A stretch of 50,156 bases of DNA, counting the filler, from Streblomastix strix (Eukaryota), in NCBI GenBank assembly GCA_008636045.1. It is 2 parts of 2 records of this genome, joined end to end, with 100 filler letters (N's around TTAATTAATTAA, not from the genome) between each part and the next. Parts side by side here need not be neighbours in the genome. Positions count along the whole stretch, not along the records: positions 1 to 25,040 come from SNRW01000213.1; positions 25,141 to 50,156 come from SNRW01000214.1. One strand, 5' to 3'. A program made the translations under genes and the position numbers. The notes under the pieces are model-generated. The model saw only the letters and a program-made list of their open reading frames with translations. It searched no databases and was not told the DNA's origin. Positions 13,470 to 26,831 of this stretch are shown here, in pieces. How positions within the stretch are numbered: position 1 is the first letter of the stretch; each line of letters opens with the position of its first letter.

Positions 13470-16400
13470 TCAAGAAACAGTTTCTTCTCTGATGATAAGT
13501 TCATTGAAATTGTTTCCCACGAATAAATCAAGAAATGGTGATCCAGTCTCAATATCATCTTAAGAATTATCAATTTCATTATTTTATTTATCCATCCCTT
13601 TGTTTTCAATATTTTTCTCCATTTCATTCTACAATCTCCAGTTTGTTCCAGAAACCCAAATAATGTCCGTCTAACATTGTTTGTCTTCTTGTTGGGGACT
13701 TTCTTTGTTTATTCTATTCATTTCATTCTCATCTTAAGGTTGATCTTTATCTTAAATGTTGTTCTCATCACATTTTGCTTCATCTTTATCACGAGTTTGA
13801 TTTATTTCAGGTTGTCTAAATTTATTCTATTAAACATTCAAAATATCTTAAGTTATATCTTTTTCTTATTTTTCACCTAATTGATCTTGTTTTTCTTAAT
13901 TTTATTTATATTATTCAATTTATTATTCTTAATCTATTTGAGATTTATTTATTTTCAATCCAAAATTGAGTTTTGGTATAGCATTAGTTTTATTAGTTTG
14001 TGAAGTGAAGCTCTTTATGACTATAAATGATTTGGATGATCCTACAGATGGTGATGTTTCTTTTTCATTCTCTTCTTTGTCACTACTTGTTGGTATAAAA
14101 TATTCTAATCTTTTATTTGAGCTATCTTACAATAGCTCTTATTGCTTCTCTTATATTTATGTTTAATTAGTTTCTTTATCTTTTTTTCTCTTATTCTTAT
14201 CTTTCTTTTCATCTTTTTTACTTGATTTATCATCTTCTTTTTCTTTTCCTGTTTATTGCAATTACTCTTATAATTCATTTTCATTCCTAATGTCTTATTA
14301 ATAGGGTAATTGATTAATATTATCTTCGCTACTCTGAAAAATAATTTAACTTGTTTTATCAGATTATTCTTGTATATTATTATCCTTCTGTTATTTCTTC
14401 TTCAAATCCTTTTTTTTGAGAGTATTATTATTTGATTTAATCGAATGGTTATCTTTTGAAATGGATTGAGAAAGTTGATCAGAAACTATTATGAATAATT
14501 AAAGTGTAAAAAAAATAATATTATGTTAAAATAGTGATTGCATATTAAAATGTGTTTAATAAATATTAATAATATTTCAAATGTTTATTCCTACCTGCAT
14601 CAACATCGCCAGCTTTAGTAATTAAAATATCCTTCTAAAAAGATTTTGATCGTCTGTGAGATAATTCACCTTCAATTTACTCTTTCAATTCACTAAAATT
14701 TTGCATTGAGCGGGAAAGTGATTGTGATGCAGGAAGATTACTTTAAGAATTATTAATTTTGTTGAATGGTGGAATTTAATCTTAAGGTTATTGATTGTCA
14801 TTCTACTCATGCTACTATTTCTACAGCAGATACAGATGTTCATTCGTGTGATGTTTCACATGTTTTGGTCTTTCTTTCTTTTAACTCTTTTATTTGCTGT
14901 GTTTCTACTTCTGGTCCTGTTGTGTATCAAATCTTGATCCTCTCTCTCCAATCTTCTAAGGAGACAACTGCTGAATTAGAGGAATGGGTAGTCCTCGAGC
15001 TGGAGAGAGGAATCCTTAACCTGGTGTGAGTATGCCAGATATTGGAGAAAGGAATTATGGGGCTGGAGATAGAATAACTGAATGTGGAATTTGGATGGTA
15101 AGTTTTGGAGCTTGTGTTGATTATGGAGAACTGGTGGGTAAATCTGTTTCTTTTTATGGTAACGCAAATGTTTAAAATATTGACTATGAGTTCTATTAAT
15201 GCTTTCGTGTATGAGGATAAGTAGGGTCAGATTATACAGTTGCATTTAATTCTCGAATTGGATATGCAAACGATTTGTTCCTGTGATGTTTGTGTGGTGA
15301 AACATGATTTTATTAAATGTTTGTATCTTGTTTGTCTTCAGAAATAATTTGTTATTTAGCTTTATCTTTTTCTTTATCTTTATCTTTTTCTTTATCTTTA
15401 TCTTTTTCTTTTTCTTTTTCTTTATCCTTCTCTTTTTCTTTTATTTTCTAATCTTTATTCTTTTCTTCTTTTTCTTTTTATCCTTTGTTTTTATTCTCCT
15501 TCTCAGCAGTGCTTGGAGAAATAAATCCATCTTTCAGAACCAATTTATGTTGTCCCATTAACCAAACTCGATGCTCTAAACACACTTATGCATTCAATGC
15601 CCGCAAATGAGGAGCCCAAATAAAGCAATTCAGAAACAGGAAGTCAATTACAGCTTATTTTGTCTCTTCAAATGTAAAATCTTTTTTCAATGGTGATGTG
15701 TGAGTTGATTATTTCCCTTTATCTAATACAGGTTACAAAGGAGAATTAATTTTAGTTTTTGAATGAGTATTCGTTGTAGAAGAACTTTCTTCATCTTCTA
15801 AATCTAATTTATCCATTGCAGCAATTAGTCTATTCTTCAGAAGCTAACTTTCATCTTTCATCTTTTTTGAGCTAATTTATTTATGAACTACTTTTTTGTA
15901 TTGCGAATCAGGGACAAAGGTAAAATTGGATCGATTAGGTTCACCAAAGTTCTATATGTGTATTTATATGGAGTAAAGTAATAAATTAAAATAAAAAAGA
16001 ATGAAATCAAACTTCTCTCATGAATGCAAATCTTTCTTCATCTTTCTCTACTGTTAGAACTGGCTATTAGAGAATAGCTTCTGCAAAGAGCATACCAAAA
16101 GCCCAGATATCATTTGTTGAAGTTTTATAAGCGTCTGTAATTTAACATGAAATAAACAATAAGAAAAATTTGATAATTATAAAATATTATTTTAAATTAG
16201 AAATATTAAACCAAATTTCTTATCATCTGTGAGCATCAGCACTTCAGGAGAAAAATATTATCGATTGCTAACTGTGTTTGTATCTAGAAATTTAATCTAT
16301 GCAAAATAATTAAATAAATTTGATAAAAATTATATTTAAAAATTACCTCTCCCTTCTTAGATACAAGAATATTATCAGATCTTATATTTCCTAGGGTTTT

Positions 16401-16520
16401 ATTTTTTTCGTGAAGCGTCTACAATGCTCGCAAGATTCGTTTAAATATTTTGATGGTCTATTTGAGTGGCATTCGTCCTTGAGCTACGCGATAAAGTTCT
16501 TATAGCGATATTTAGTCCAT
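13470..16520 (-). CDS. Protein kinase-like (pseudokinase) with long low-complexity C-terminal tail
   Basis: ILRALQTLHEKNKTLGNIRSDNILV (subdomain VI, HRD replaced by LGN), IKFLDTNT (VII, no DFG), YFSPEVL (VIII), DIWAFGMLFAE (IX), VIDFLFLNCFIWAPHLRALNAQVCLEH (XI). TGA at 13470-13472. Confidence 0.75.
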
Positions 16521-17086
16521 TTTATAACTTTAACCTAAAATTAAACAGTGCAAGAAAGTGAAAAATTAATTTTAAAATTAAAATATTTAATTTGCAGTTT
16601 TTGGCTGTTATTTCTAGAAAAACGAACATTTATGATTGAAATTATAACTTATTTATATCAATAAATTAATAAACATATTTGTATTGTAAATTTAAATTAC
16701 TTTTAATGTGGAATATTGGTTTTTCTTTAAATCTTAAAATATGAGCATTTTAGATAATAATAAGGAAATATTGAAATTTATATATAGTTATTATTATCAC
16801 AAATATAATAATAAACTATTATTGTGCATCATACCTTGGAGAACACCAAGAATTCCCAAATAATCCTTTAAATTGGTTGCGTAGTATAATTTTACCTATT
16901 TCTTATACAAATTTGATATGATTATTGTGTAAAATTATATTTTTGAAAATTGACCCGAATTAACGATCAATAAAACAAAAAAATCAAAATATAAAATATA
17001 ATCACAAATACTAAAATTCTACAATTACCACATTGCAAAACTCTCTTATTTTTATATAATTTTTACCATAGAGCTAATAATATATT

Positions 17087-17970
17087 ATGAGCACATGTTT
17101 CTACAAAACTTGTAATGGTATGCTTTACAATTTATGACATTTAGACTAATTTATCGTTTTTTTACAATTGAAAATCCACCGCATAAAGTTTTATCAGATG
17201 GAATAATTGTTTGTACTGAATGTGGGACTGAATTAGACTCAAATAATGTTAGTTATTAACCAGAATGGAGGAATTTTGCATAAGATGACACAGGTAATTA
17301 ACCAAGACGCGCTGGAGATGCTATAAATCCTCTTTGTTTTAGATAGCTCATTGGGAACAGTAATTGGAACACATGATTCTAGTGGGAAGTTGATAAGTGG
17401 TAAAACGATGAAAAAAGCTGCTTGTATCCAGTTAAGCAACAATTATAATGCACATGATCACAGAATTAAAACAGCAGGAAACATATGTGACAAAATTAGA
17501 GATAAACTTCCTGTTTTAAAAGTTGTAAAAGATCAGTATTTAACTATTTATAATTAATTTTTTCAAAATCAAAAGGGAGACAACACAATACAGATTCTGC
17601 TATTGCAGGTTGCTTGTATATTGATTGTAGTAAAGAAGGAGAAAGTAGAACATATGAGGAAATTAAAAGTGCTGCATAATAAGCAGGAATAATTTTAGAA
17701 AAGAAAGCAATCTTTAAATCTGTAAAAATCATAAAAGAATAATGTTAAATCCAAAATGATACCTCACCAAATATTCAATATGTAAGACGATATTGCAACA
17801 ACCTTCAATTGGATGAAACAGTAAAGAATTAATCTGAATTTGTAGCTGAAGAGATTATAGAAATGGGATTATTAAGTGGTTGTGATCCACGAACTATTTG
17901 TAGTACAGCTATATACTTTATATCACAACGATCTGAATAACCATAAACTTACAAATAAATTTCTGAAATT
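17087..17970 (+). pseudogene. Transcription initiation factor IIB (TFIIB) family, disrupted and 3'-truncated
   Basis: Zn ribbon and B-reader (MSTCFYKTC...DGIIVCTECG...PEWRNF...RRAGDAINPL), cyclin repeat 1 (KGR...AIAGCLYIDCSKEGESRTYEEI) and repeat 2 (YVRRYCNNLQL...GLLSGCDPRTICSTAIY). First intron ends in TG instead of AG (17169-17170). Frameshifts near 17335 and 17560. Confidence 0.85.
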
Positions 17971-18085
17971 TGTTTACTTTTATTCTCATTGATTTATTAT
18001 TATTAACTTCTCCATATTCAAAATTGCTTTATTTCAAAAATAAAAGATTCTATACAGGAACCAAATTCAGGGTCTCTTCCTTCTG

Positions 18086-18193
18086 GATGCCTTCTTTGCC
18101 CTAGATCTTATTCATCACGCTCTCGATCGTGTCAGCTTTATATACTTTGAAAGCAATTGTTTTGTTAGCCAATGTCTTCACGAAGATCTTCAT
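18086..18193 (-). pseudogene. Ubiquitin-like domain fragment (N-terminal half)
   Basis: [36 protein letters not shown] aligns to ubiquitin residues 1-36 ([36 protein letters not shown]). Similarity then stops; no C-terminal GG. Confidence 0.75.
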
Positions 18194-18281
18194 TTGTACA
18201 TCATCACCACTTTGCGAGACTGGTACTTTGGTCTTGATTAATAATACATTAATAGATTAAATATATAATAATTGAATTAAT

Positions 18282-18550
18282 AATGAAATCAAACTTCTCT
18301 CATGAATGCAAATCTTTCTTCATCTTTCTCTACTGTTAGAACTGGCTATTAGAGAATAGCTTCTGCAAAGAGCATACCAAAAGCCCAGATATCATTTGTT
18401 GAAGTTTTATAAGCGTCTGTAATTTAACATGAAATAAACAATAAGAAAAATTTGATAATTATAAAATATTATTTTAAATTATAAATATTAAACCAAATTT
18501 CTTTTCATCTTTGAGCATCAGCACTTCAGGAGAAAAATATTATCGATTGC
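18282..18550 (-). repeat. 269-bp direct genomic duplicate of 16000-16268 (pseudokinase exon 3, intron and part of exon 2)
   Basis: Near-identical to 16000-16268 (offset 2282, about 3 substitutions seen), with the intron retained. Confidence 0.95.
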
Positions 18551-21500
18551 GCCTGGGTTACTGTTCGATATGTCTAAAATAGGTTTGAAAGAATAGCGAC
18601 GTACAGATCACATTGATTTAAAAATAACCTCGAAAGAAGGACCAGGAGATAGATAAGTGAAAAACAAAGTAAACGAGCGCTCCGGGACAGGTATGAATCC
18701 TCTTAAGATATTTGTATATTTTTTTTAATTTTATATTATAGTTCGAACAGGAATTAAGTCGGAAAATGCACGTGGAACGGCTAATCGTGCAATAAGCAGT
18801 GAAAATTTTAATGATAAAGATGCAGGCGCTGAGAAGCAGAGAGCTGATATTGTAACTGGAACAAAAAGAGATGTGGTATGTACTAATATATTATGCATAA
18901 TGAACGTATTTATATGATAATTAATTGCAAATACTATATATGATGCTTTATTTTTGTGAAACAACTAGGGGTAAAAAATAATATTGGGATAGAATGCTGG
19001 GAAACGCGTAAAAGACAAAGATATCACAGCTAAGAGTCCATAATCTGGGGGTGGAGTAGGACGAGGTGGAGGAAACACGAATAATAGTCGAGCGTAAATT
19101 GGTAGAAATGAAAGTTGGCATGAAAATACAGGAGAGAATAAAAATCGAGGTAAAAGTGGTGTTTCATTGTTTGGTAATATGAGTGGTAATCCATCATATC
19201 TACCTTCAATATCATTTGCATCAACTGTAGTCTCAAATGAATCACAAAATGTGGGAATGGTTGGAGATATGAAAAATGAGAAAGAATTGAAAGGAATTGT
19301 TGGGCACTTCAATAAAACTAATTCACAAAATAACAAAATTTTTAACGAATTTTATGGAGAAAATGGAAATTAAGATCCTGGGGAAGTATCAGATGCGTAT
19401 ATTGAAACAACTGATATATCAAGTACCATATCAATTCCACTATGTCTTAAATCACAATCTCCGCGAATGATGGAATAAAAATAGGATGAACAAGAAGAAA
19501 AATAAAATATAAACATGCGTTAAGGGAAAATACTTAAAAATTATGGATCTAATATAGATTAAGAAAAAGAAAAAGGGAAAGACGACGAGAAAACATCTGA
19601 AGACAATAATTTGCAGAGTGATGAGATGGTTATTATTACAGATGGATCAGAAGACATTCCTCCAACAATATAACTTCCTCCTTCTTCTGGATCCACTCCA
19701 TTTTCTTTCTAATCCATGATTGGTGGTGCTGGTGAATCTGGAAGTTAAAAATCTGGAGCAGGTTCACCTGTACAACCAATAAAGTTAAAAATGGAGCAAG
19801 AAAGAGAATATATAGAGGCGTTTCTAAGAGATATGTAAACATAGGAATAATAATCTAAAGGAAATTTCATAAAGAAAGAAGAAAAAAATATTGAGAATAA
19901 AAGTAAAGATAAAGGAAGATCTGAAGTTATAAATGATATTCCACTAAACACTTAACAATAACCCACTTCACAAACTTCATTTCAATCCAACGAAGCCATA
20001 AAAATAAACAAATCAAACGCATCTGAAGGAAATAATGGAAAAGGAATAAATATTTTAAGTTCGCCGTAAATAACAGTTGAATAAATAAGATCGCCTCTTT
20101 TTATTGAAAGTGGAGAAGCAAACGAAACTGTGAAGATAATCAAACCTTCATCAGCAGATAAGGGAATTCGTGGATCTCCTTCTTCTGTCCGATCTTCATT
20201 TGAATCAACTCACTCAATTGGACCTTCTTTATTATCATCCAGATCTGCAACTTCTGTTTCAGGAGCTTCCAATTCATCATACACAAGTAATACAAATCGC
20301 ATTTCAACTTCCATTTCACAGTCATTTTCAGAATCAGAGTCTGGATCTTCACGATAGAATGTATCTAAATGTGGGCATGTTTTATCTGGTAAAGATACAA
20401 AATTTAATAAGATAAACGAAAATTAGAATTCCTTTGGAGATTAATAAGAAAAAGATAACGACAATGACTGGAGAGAGAAAATTGATGAATTTAAACTGAA
20501 TCAGCCAAATCCGCAGTCTTCTTCTCATAATCAGGGAAACCGAGGTGGATCGCATAGTTTTGGATAAGGAGCATAGCAGCCACAACCAGTTGGGCCTCAA
20601 CAAGGAATTGATGAATGGAGGAGAAATCCGACCCACACACCTACATCAGCTACTGCAACAATGAGGAGTCGAACTAATTTGAAGCAGAAAGGAGGGAAGT
20701 ATGAAGATATTCAAGTGTTTGATGTGAAATAGGCTGTGATGCAAGTAGCAAAACCGAAGACTGCAGAAATGGTTAATCGTAGAAAGAAAGAAGGGGGAAA
20801 TATTATCTATGAAAAGAATAACTTACGGAAAGGAAATATAAATACTACACAAGTTAGATAATTTTCTCCACAAAAAAATATGAAATTTAAAGAGAAATTA
20901 AACGATTTGTAAAATAGAGAAGAAAATAAATATTTTTAAACAAAAAGCAATGAATAAAGTTTGGAAAGTTTAAGACGAGGTAAAGGAAACTTAAATCGTA
21001 TTAATTCTGCTGGATAGAGACAATTTGCGATATTTCCTTCCTCTCCTCTCTAATTAACAGCAACAGGGAGAGCTTTGAGTGAAGAATAAGATGAGCGAAT
21101 GAGTAATTTGAACAAAAACCAAACAAATGAATAATAAACTGATGAAAAAGTAATTGTGAAAGAAGCCTGGGTTGAAGAAGAACAAGATGATGGAGAGAAA
21201 GTGAATTATGAAGAAAATAGCAATTTTAAAAATTAATCAATAATTAATCAAGGGGGAAAACGATCAAGATCAAGATCAATTGGAGATGAGCGAGAAGATT
21301 CGAGTAGTAGCCCAAATTTCATAGATTTCCAGATTCGAGTAAATTTCCATAAGCCAGTGACTTAATCATAATCTTATATACGTGATAGAAAAGATGCCGA
21401 ATTGAAAATTTGCATAGGAAATTCGATTCCTCATAAAGGAATAAATAATAATTAAGATGCAAAAGAAATTGAAGTAGATGAAATTGGAATGAAAATTGAA

Positions 21501-21941
21501 AATGATCGTTAGGAAAGTAGTACTCATAAACAGTATGATGATAACTAAATTAATTAACATATAAATATCAATTAAAGAAGTATATAAAGTAATGAATTAT
21601 CTAATGAAATTGAATAAAATATCAGAAATTAAAATTTAAATGATAAACTTTTTACTCATGAAAATCAAGACAAAGATAAGGGATAATATGAAATATAACC
21701 AGATGAGAAAAATAATGAAGAAAGAGAAAAAAATAGAAAATTAAGATAATAATAATAAAAGTCCAAAGTTGTCATACGCTCATTTGGTGAATCTGCTAAT
21801 TCTTCCGAGTAGGAACATCAGAATTAAAGCAATCATCATCATGAACATGAACAACATAGACACCATCATAGGCATAAGCACTCCCATTCTCGCAAACACT
21901 CTCATAATGAAAGCACTTAGGTACATCCTAAACAAAAGTGA
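18549..21941 (+). CDS. Low-complexity S/G/E/Q-rich hypothetical protein with His-rich C-terminus; 5' end probably truncated (first ATG 18570)
   Basis: Exons 18549-18690, 18742-18875 and 18969-21941 with GT-AG introns. Open under TAR=Gln to TGA 21939-21941. The coding frame abuts the duplicated kinase fragment. Confidence 0.65.
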
Positions 21942-22417
21942 CTTTTTCACTCATATACTTCCTATTTTACTTGATAACAATCTTAATTTTATATCAAGTA
22001 TTTTTTTTAGTATATTAATCATTAATTTATTTAATAATAATTATAGAAACAAGGAATAATAATTCAATTTTTTTAATTTATTTTTTGAAAATTTTCCAAC
22101 TTTATATAGTTCAATATTCAAATCAGAACAATATTTATTGAGTGTTTTATAATTATCAATATTAATCAGTGTCTTTAAATTTTACTTAAATAATTAATAT
22201 TAATATTACTTTATACTTCTTTAATAACAATAGAAATTTTATTCATGCGTTTAAACTTGAAATTTAATTATAGGTTGCGAGTATTTAACAAATGGTTTTA
22301 TTTTATTTAATTAGAACTGTAATTTAATAAATTTATCATAATTGCTATTGACTTTATTATTTTACATTATGATAATAAAATAAAAAAATGTATATAGTAC
22401 ATAATAATGAAGTGTGT

Positions 22418-25020
22418 TCAATTAACTATGGCAGCATCAAATGGCATATTTGTCTATTCAGGTTGTATTTATTCATTTGCCTTCTCTTGTTTGTTTATGT
22501 CATTATAAGCATAAGCACTCGTCGAGCTAAGAATGGCTGTAAATGAAGGCTATAAAACAGCCAATGGAACAGGTAATGGTGTTGTGAATCGGTCATCTTG
22601 GACTTCAATTGTGGGAACAACAAGAGTTTGCTAGATGCTTAAAGGAGGACCATTTTACATTTGGCGATGCTGCTGCAATGGAGATGATATTGCACTAGTC
22701 TCATTCGCTTTTTATTAATTTAATGAATCAGGAAGGTCAAGTTACTAATAATCCATATTCGCCACTGATGGAACACTGCTTCCTGCGAATTTAATTGATT
22801 ATAAGTAAATACTTGATTTTTTTGCAGAATTGCTTGTGTTACTCTTTTCAATTAGCTTTTTCTATCCTAATCTACTTGGTATGGTTGGATGTTATTTTTA
22901 ATCATTGTAATTATTTCCAATTGTCATATCAAGTGATTGAGAAACAGGGAATAATCCTCCTTAACTGAGTGTTCTTTAATTCTTTGCTGAATTTCCTCTT
23001 TTAGGACCGATCCCAATTCCTTAAGCCATTAGTTAGTTTTAATTATTTGATTAAGTTGAATATTTATGTTAATTATTTGATACATTTCCGTTATTATTAA
23101 GAAGGCTACTTCTAGAATTGCTTCTTTTCAATTCATTCTTATCCATTTAGAAAGACATTCCTCTTGATCCTACTATAAAAGGAGAATGAACAAGTGACTA
23201 TTCTTCATTTTACTATAGTAGTTCATTTGTTTATTCTTACTCAGGAGTCGAATAAGGTACAAATGTCTATGCATTATCAATCTTAGCTGTAGGTACGAAT
23301 ACAAGAGATGAGAGAGTTTTTTATGTTCCATGAGCAATTTCCATCAACGCCAACCCAGGAGGAAGAGGAGTTGAGATATTTGCAAACATATGTTTTGGTT
23401 TCATTCTTGCATTTTATTATTCAATTTCTTGTTATTATTTCTAGATTTCGTCCATTACTTGCAATTGCTAAAGCATCCTTTTTTGCTATTTAATGTGTTG
23501 CAGTTATTCTTATGTAAGTGAACTATTTGTTGACTATCTTATCTATAATTATGATAATGATTGGAGTGAAGATGCACTTCCTGGTCTTTGAATAAACTCA
23601 TTTTGTGCTGGAGCTGAAATTGGTCTTCTTCTTTCATTGTTAATTTATTCGAAGTTCCCAATACCAAATTGTGGCCTATTTAATTAAGCTGGTGATGTTG
23701 CTCTTGTTTAACTTGCAGATTTGAATCCCTGTTGCATTGCTTATCTTTTAAGATTAATGAAAGTATCCAGTTAATCGTATGATTACCTTTGCTTATTTGA
23801 CACAGATTCATATTATGGATTAAAATCTTTAAATGCATCTCTTGGAATTCCTCTGAACCTCTCAAGTTTCAGGAAATGAGACTGGGGACCTCCGACTCCT
23901 TTTAATTCCGAGAAATATTACATCTTCTTATCTGTTTATTGTGTGAATTATTGCGTATTACTCAGTTTATACGTCCCTTATGCACTTACACTTCTCATAC
24001 CTTACTATATTCCAGAAGATGCTCTGTTTTCGATTCCATCTTTTCTTTATTCATCTTAATCCCATGATGGAAATTGGAGCATTTACGTTTTAATTAATCT
24101 TTCCGCAGGTTAATATTATCCTTTTCTTTTCAACCCTTTTAACCAGCTTGCATTTGGATTTGAATATAATGCATCATGGACGGTTGTACCTCCTCCTTTT
24201 CCTAATGCAATATTTGAAGGTTAATAATTCTATAATTATAAAGCAATCATTTGTCTCTTTTATTATTGAGTTGGTTGAAGTGATTGTCTTAAGTTTCTAT
24301 CAGCTGATTATACTCCAGATTAATTAAGTTAAATAATATTTTATAAATCTCTTTCTGTTTTAGATTTAATGTTATTTTAATTATCTCTTTTTCTAGTTTT
24401 TAAATTAAGTGCATTCTCAGGTTGAACCACAAAATCATCGACTCTGGCTTCTCTTTCAAAATTATCCAATTCATTTAACTCATTTATTTTTGATATTTTA
24501 ATTGGATGTGGTGAATTATTTCTTGAAGGTGGTTGAAGTGAAAGCGAAAATATTTTATCTTTTTATCTGCTCAGAGCTCTATTAATTAATTTCTTCTTTT
24601 TCTTCTTTTTCTTCTTTTCTCCACCAATTTATTTCCCCTTTTCTTTTTCCTCTTCTATTTCTTCTTCTTTCCATTCCCATTCTCCATCCCATTCCCATCC
24701 ATCTCCAGGTTCTATATCATCTAATCCTTCTATGTCTTATATGTCTTATATATCTTACAAATCTTACAAATCTTTATCTTTCTATTATTATTCTATAAAT
24801 ACATAATCATACTCTATATTGTCTATTTTACTATCTGTTTATTACTAATCAATATCTTATTCACTAATATTAATAATCTTCTTTTTCTTTCTTTTTTTAC
24901 CTTTTTTCTTTTCTTTTATTTATTTTCCTAATAATTACTCAACTAATAATTCTATTTAATTTGATTCATCTTTAATTTCTTCATTCTATTATTCTCCTTC
25001 ATTCTTTCCCTATTTATTAT
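22418..25020 (-). CDS. Low-complexity hypothetical protein, 5' part lost in assembly gap
   Basis: Open minus-strand frame under TAR=Gln ending ...QTNMPFDAAIVN* (TGA 22418-22420). E/K/Q-rich, with a DGWEWDGEWEW stretch. Confidence 0.7.
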
Positions 25021-25140
25021 TTTCATCTTTTATGCTAATTNNNNNNNNNNNNNNNNNNNNNNNNNNNNNNNNNNNNNNNNNNNNTTAATTAATTAANNNN
25101 NNNNNNNNNNNNNNNNNNNNNNNNNNNNNNNNNNNNNNNN
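25021..25140. other. Scaffold gap with artificial TTAATTAATTAA spacer (25085-25096)
   Basis: N runs flank a 12-mer that is a six-frame stop linker in the standard code. Confidence 0.9.
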
Positions 25141-25802
25141 AAGAGATATTTTATAGGATTGTTATATAATTATTTAATAAAATTATTCATATTGACTATT
25201 CTTTTATTTATTCTAATAATTGTTTATAATTAAATTTCATACTTCAAAATAATTGTTTATTGTTTATTAATAAATTTACTAATGTAAATTAATTATATGG
25301 AGCAATCAGAACAGATATTTGAATGGGTTGCTTTGTGGGTTAATGAATAGGAATTATTGTTATGAATAATTATAATGATTTTGGTTCTCAGGCAGGCTTC
25401 TTAATACATCACTACACATAGTTCAAATCTGAATATTTTAACGATACGTTCTAACTTATTTTACTAACTTATTTGACTAAAGGACTTGGTCGAATCAAGT
25501 TTTTACTAGTGAAAATGAAATAATTATATCGACCAGTTATACGATTGTTGAAATGGATTATTTGTTAAAATTGACGGTGATGAATAGTTACAGAATTAAT
25601 TATTAACATCATTTTTGGAATCTACGTGTCTGATATGATCTTAGTGTAGTGTTTTAAAGAGATATGAAATTTTAGGTTTTTAATGGGGATTCTGACCAAT
25701 GATAAAATATTTTTATTTTTAATATATAGTCTAATAAAAAGTGAAAAATATAAGGAAAAATAAATGTTTTCTGATTGACTTGAAAATTAATACGTAGGTT
25801 AA

Positions 25803-26022
25803 TGTTGATATGCTGATCATGAATTTGATGTCAAAATGTCTGTTATGTCAGCATCTCAGAGGAATTATAGTTCAAATCCCGTGCAATCCCGTTCATCGTG
25901 CAGGTGAATAATTCATACAATTTATCCACACCATTAATCAATCACATTGTTCCGCATAATTCATCTTAAGCAACAGTTACACACTCACTTTTAACATCAA
26001 ATTCATGATCAGCATATCAACA
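25803..26022. repeat. 34-bp inverted repeat (25803-25836 / 25989-26022), 1 mismatch, 152-bp spacer
   Basis: TGTTGATATGCTGATCATGAATTTGATGT(C/T)AAAA and its reverse complement. Confidence 0.85.
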
Positions 26023-26831
26023 AACCATAATGTAGAAATCTTCTATCATGACAAATTTATAATAAAAGATCGTCTATTGAACGAGCTACAGTTCCAACCT
26101 CCTTTTTTTCAAGTTAAGACTTAAAGTAGTTTAACATATCTAGATGAAATGAAATGTAATTTTTGAGATATATTAAATGAATAATAAATAATTATTTAAC
26201 TAAAATAAAGAAAAAAAGCAGCAAAAGAAAAGAAAAGAAAAACGTAACAAGTGTTAAAGGCATGGTGAACTCTCTAAAAAATGAGCAGTGATACAGAAAG
26301 CGATGTGGATTCGGAAAGTTCAAATTAACTACCTTCAGAGTTATCATCGGAATGTAGCCAAAAAATTATAGAAAAAAACTTACAAGAAACAGTATGTTGT
26401 AGTTAAAAAAAATTTAACTATAATATACAATCAATGAACCAAGGTGAATATAGATCAGTTCCAGATTTAACAATATTTCTTTTGTTGGAAGCTTTTAATT
26501 CTTTGCTGAAAACTATTTTACTACGGAATAAAAAAGAAAATCTAAAAAATAATTTAAATTTCATTACTTTAAATAAAATTTCATTTTTCAACTTTTTACA
26601 AAAATTTTGAATTGCTCAAATAACCAAAAAATCATTCTGAAATATATTCAATTTGATATGCAGCTCACGAATTAATTGCCGAATTGAAGGCGCAAGGAAA
26701 AACATTTAAATATCTATGTAAAATAATAGATAAAGGCAAAATAGATCTAAAATTAGGTTTTTATGAACACAGTTATCATGCTTAGGACTAAAGATCTAAT
26801 ATATACTCTCATATTTTTAATCTCGCTCCAT

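Noticed and set aside
348..23865. Short hydrophobic F/L/I-rich ORFs in the supplied track (e.g. 916-1152, 9094-9573, 15304-15561)
   Set aside because: They are antisense or off-frame shadows of K/E/N/Q-rich genes read with TAR=Gln, not membrane proteins.
25085..25096. Perfect palindrome TTAATTAATTAA inside the N run
   Set aside because: Artificial scaffolding linker. It also means adjacency of the host half and the viral half is not established.
25868..25885. GTTCAAATCCC B-box/T-loop-like motif as a tRNA
   Set aside because: No paired T stem, A box or cloverleaf around it.
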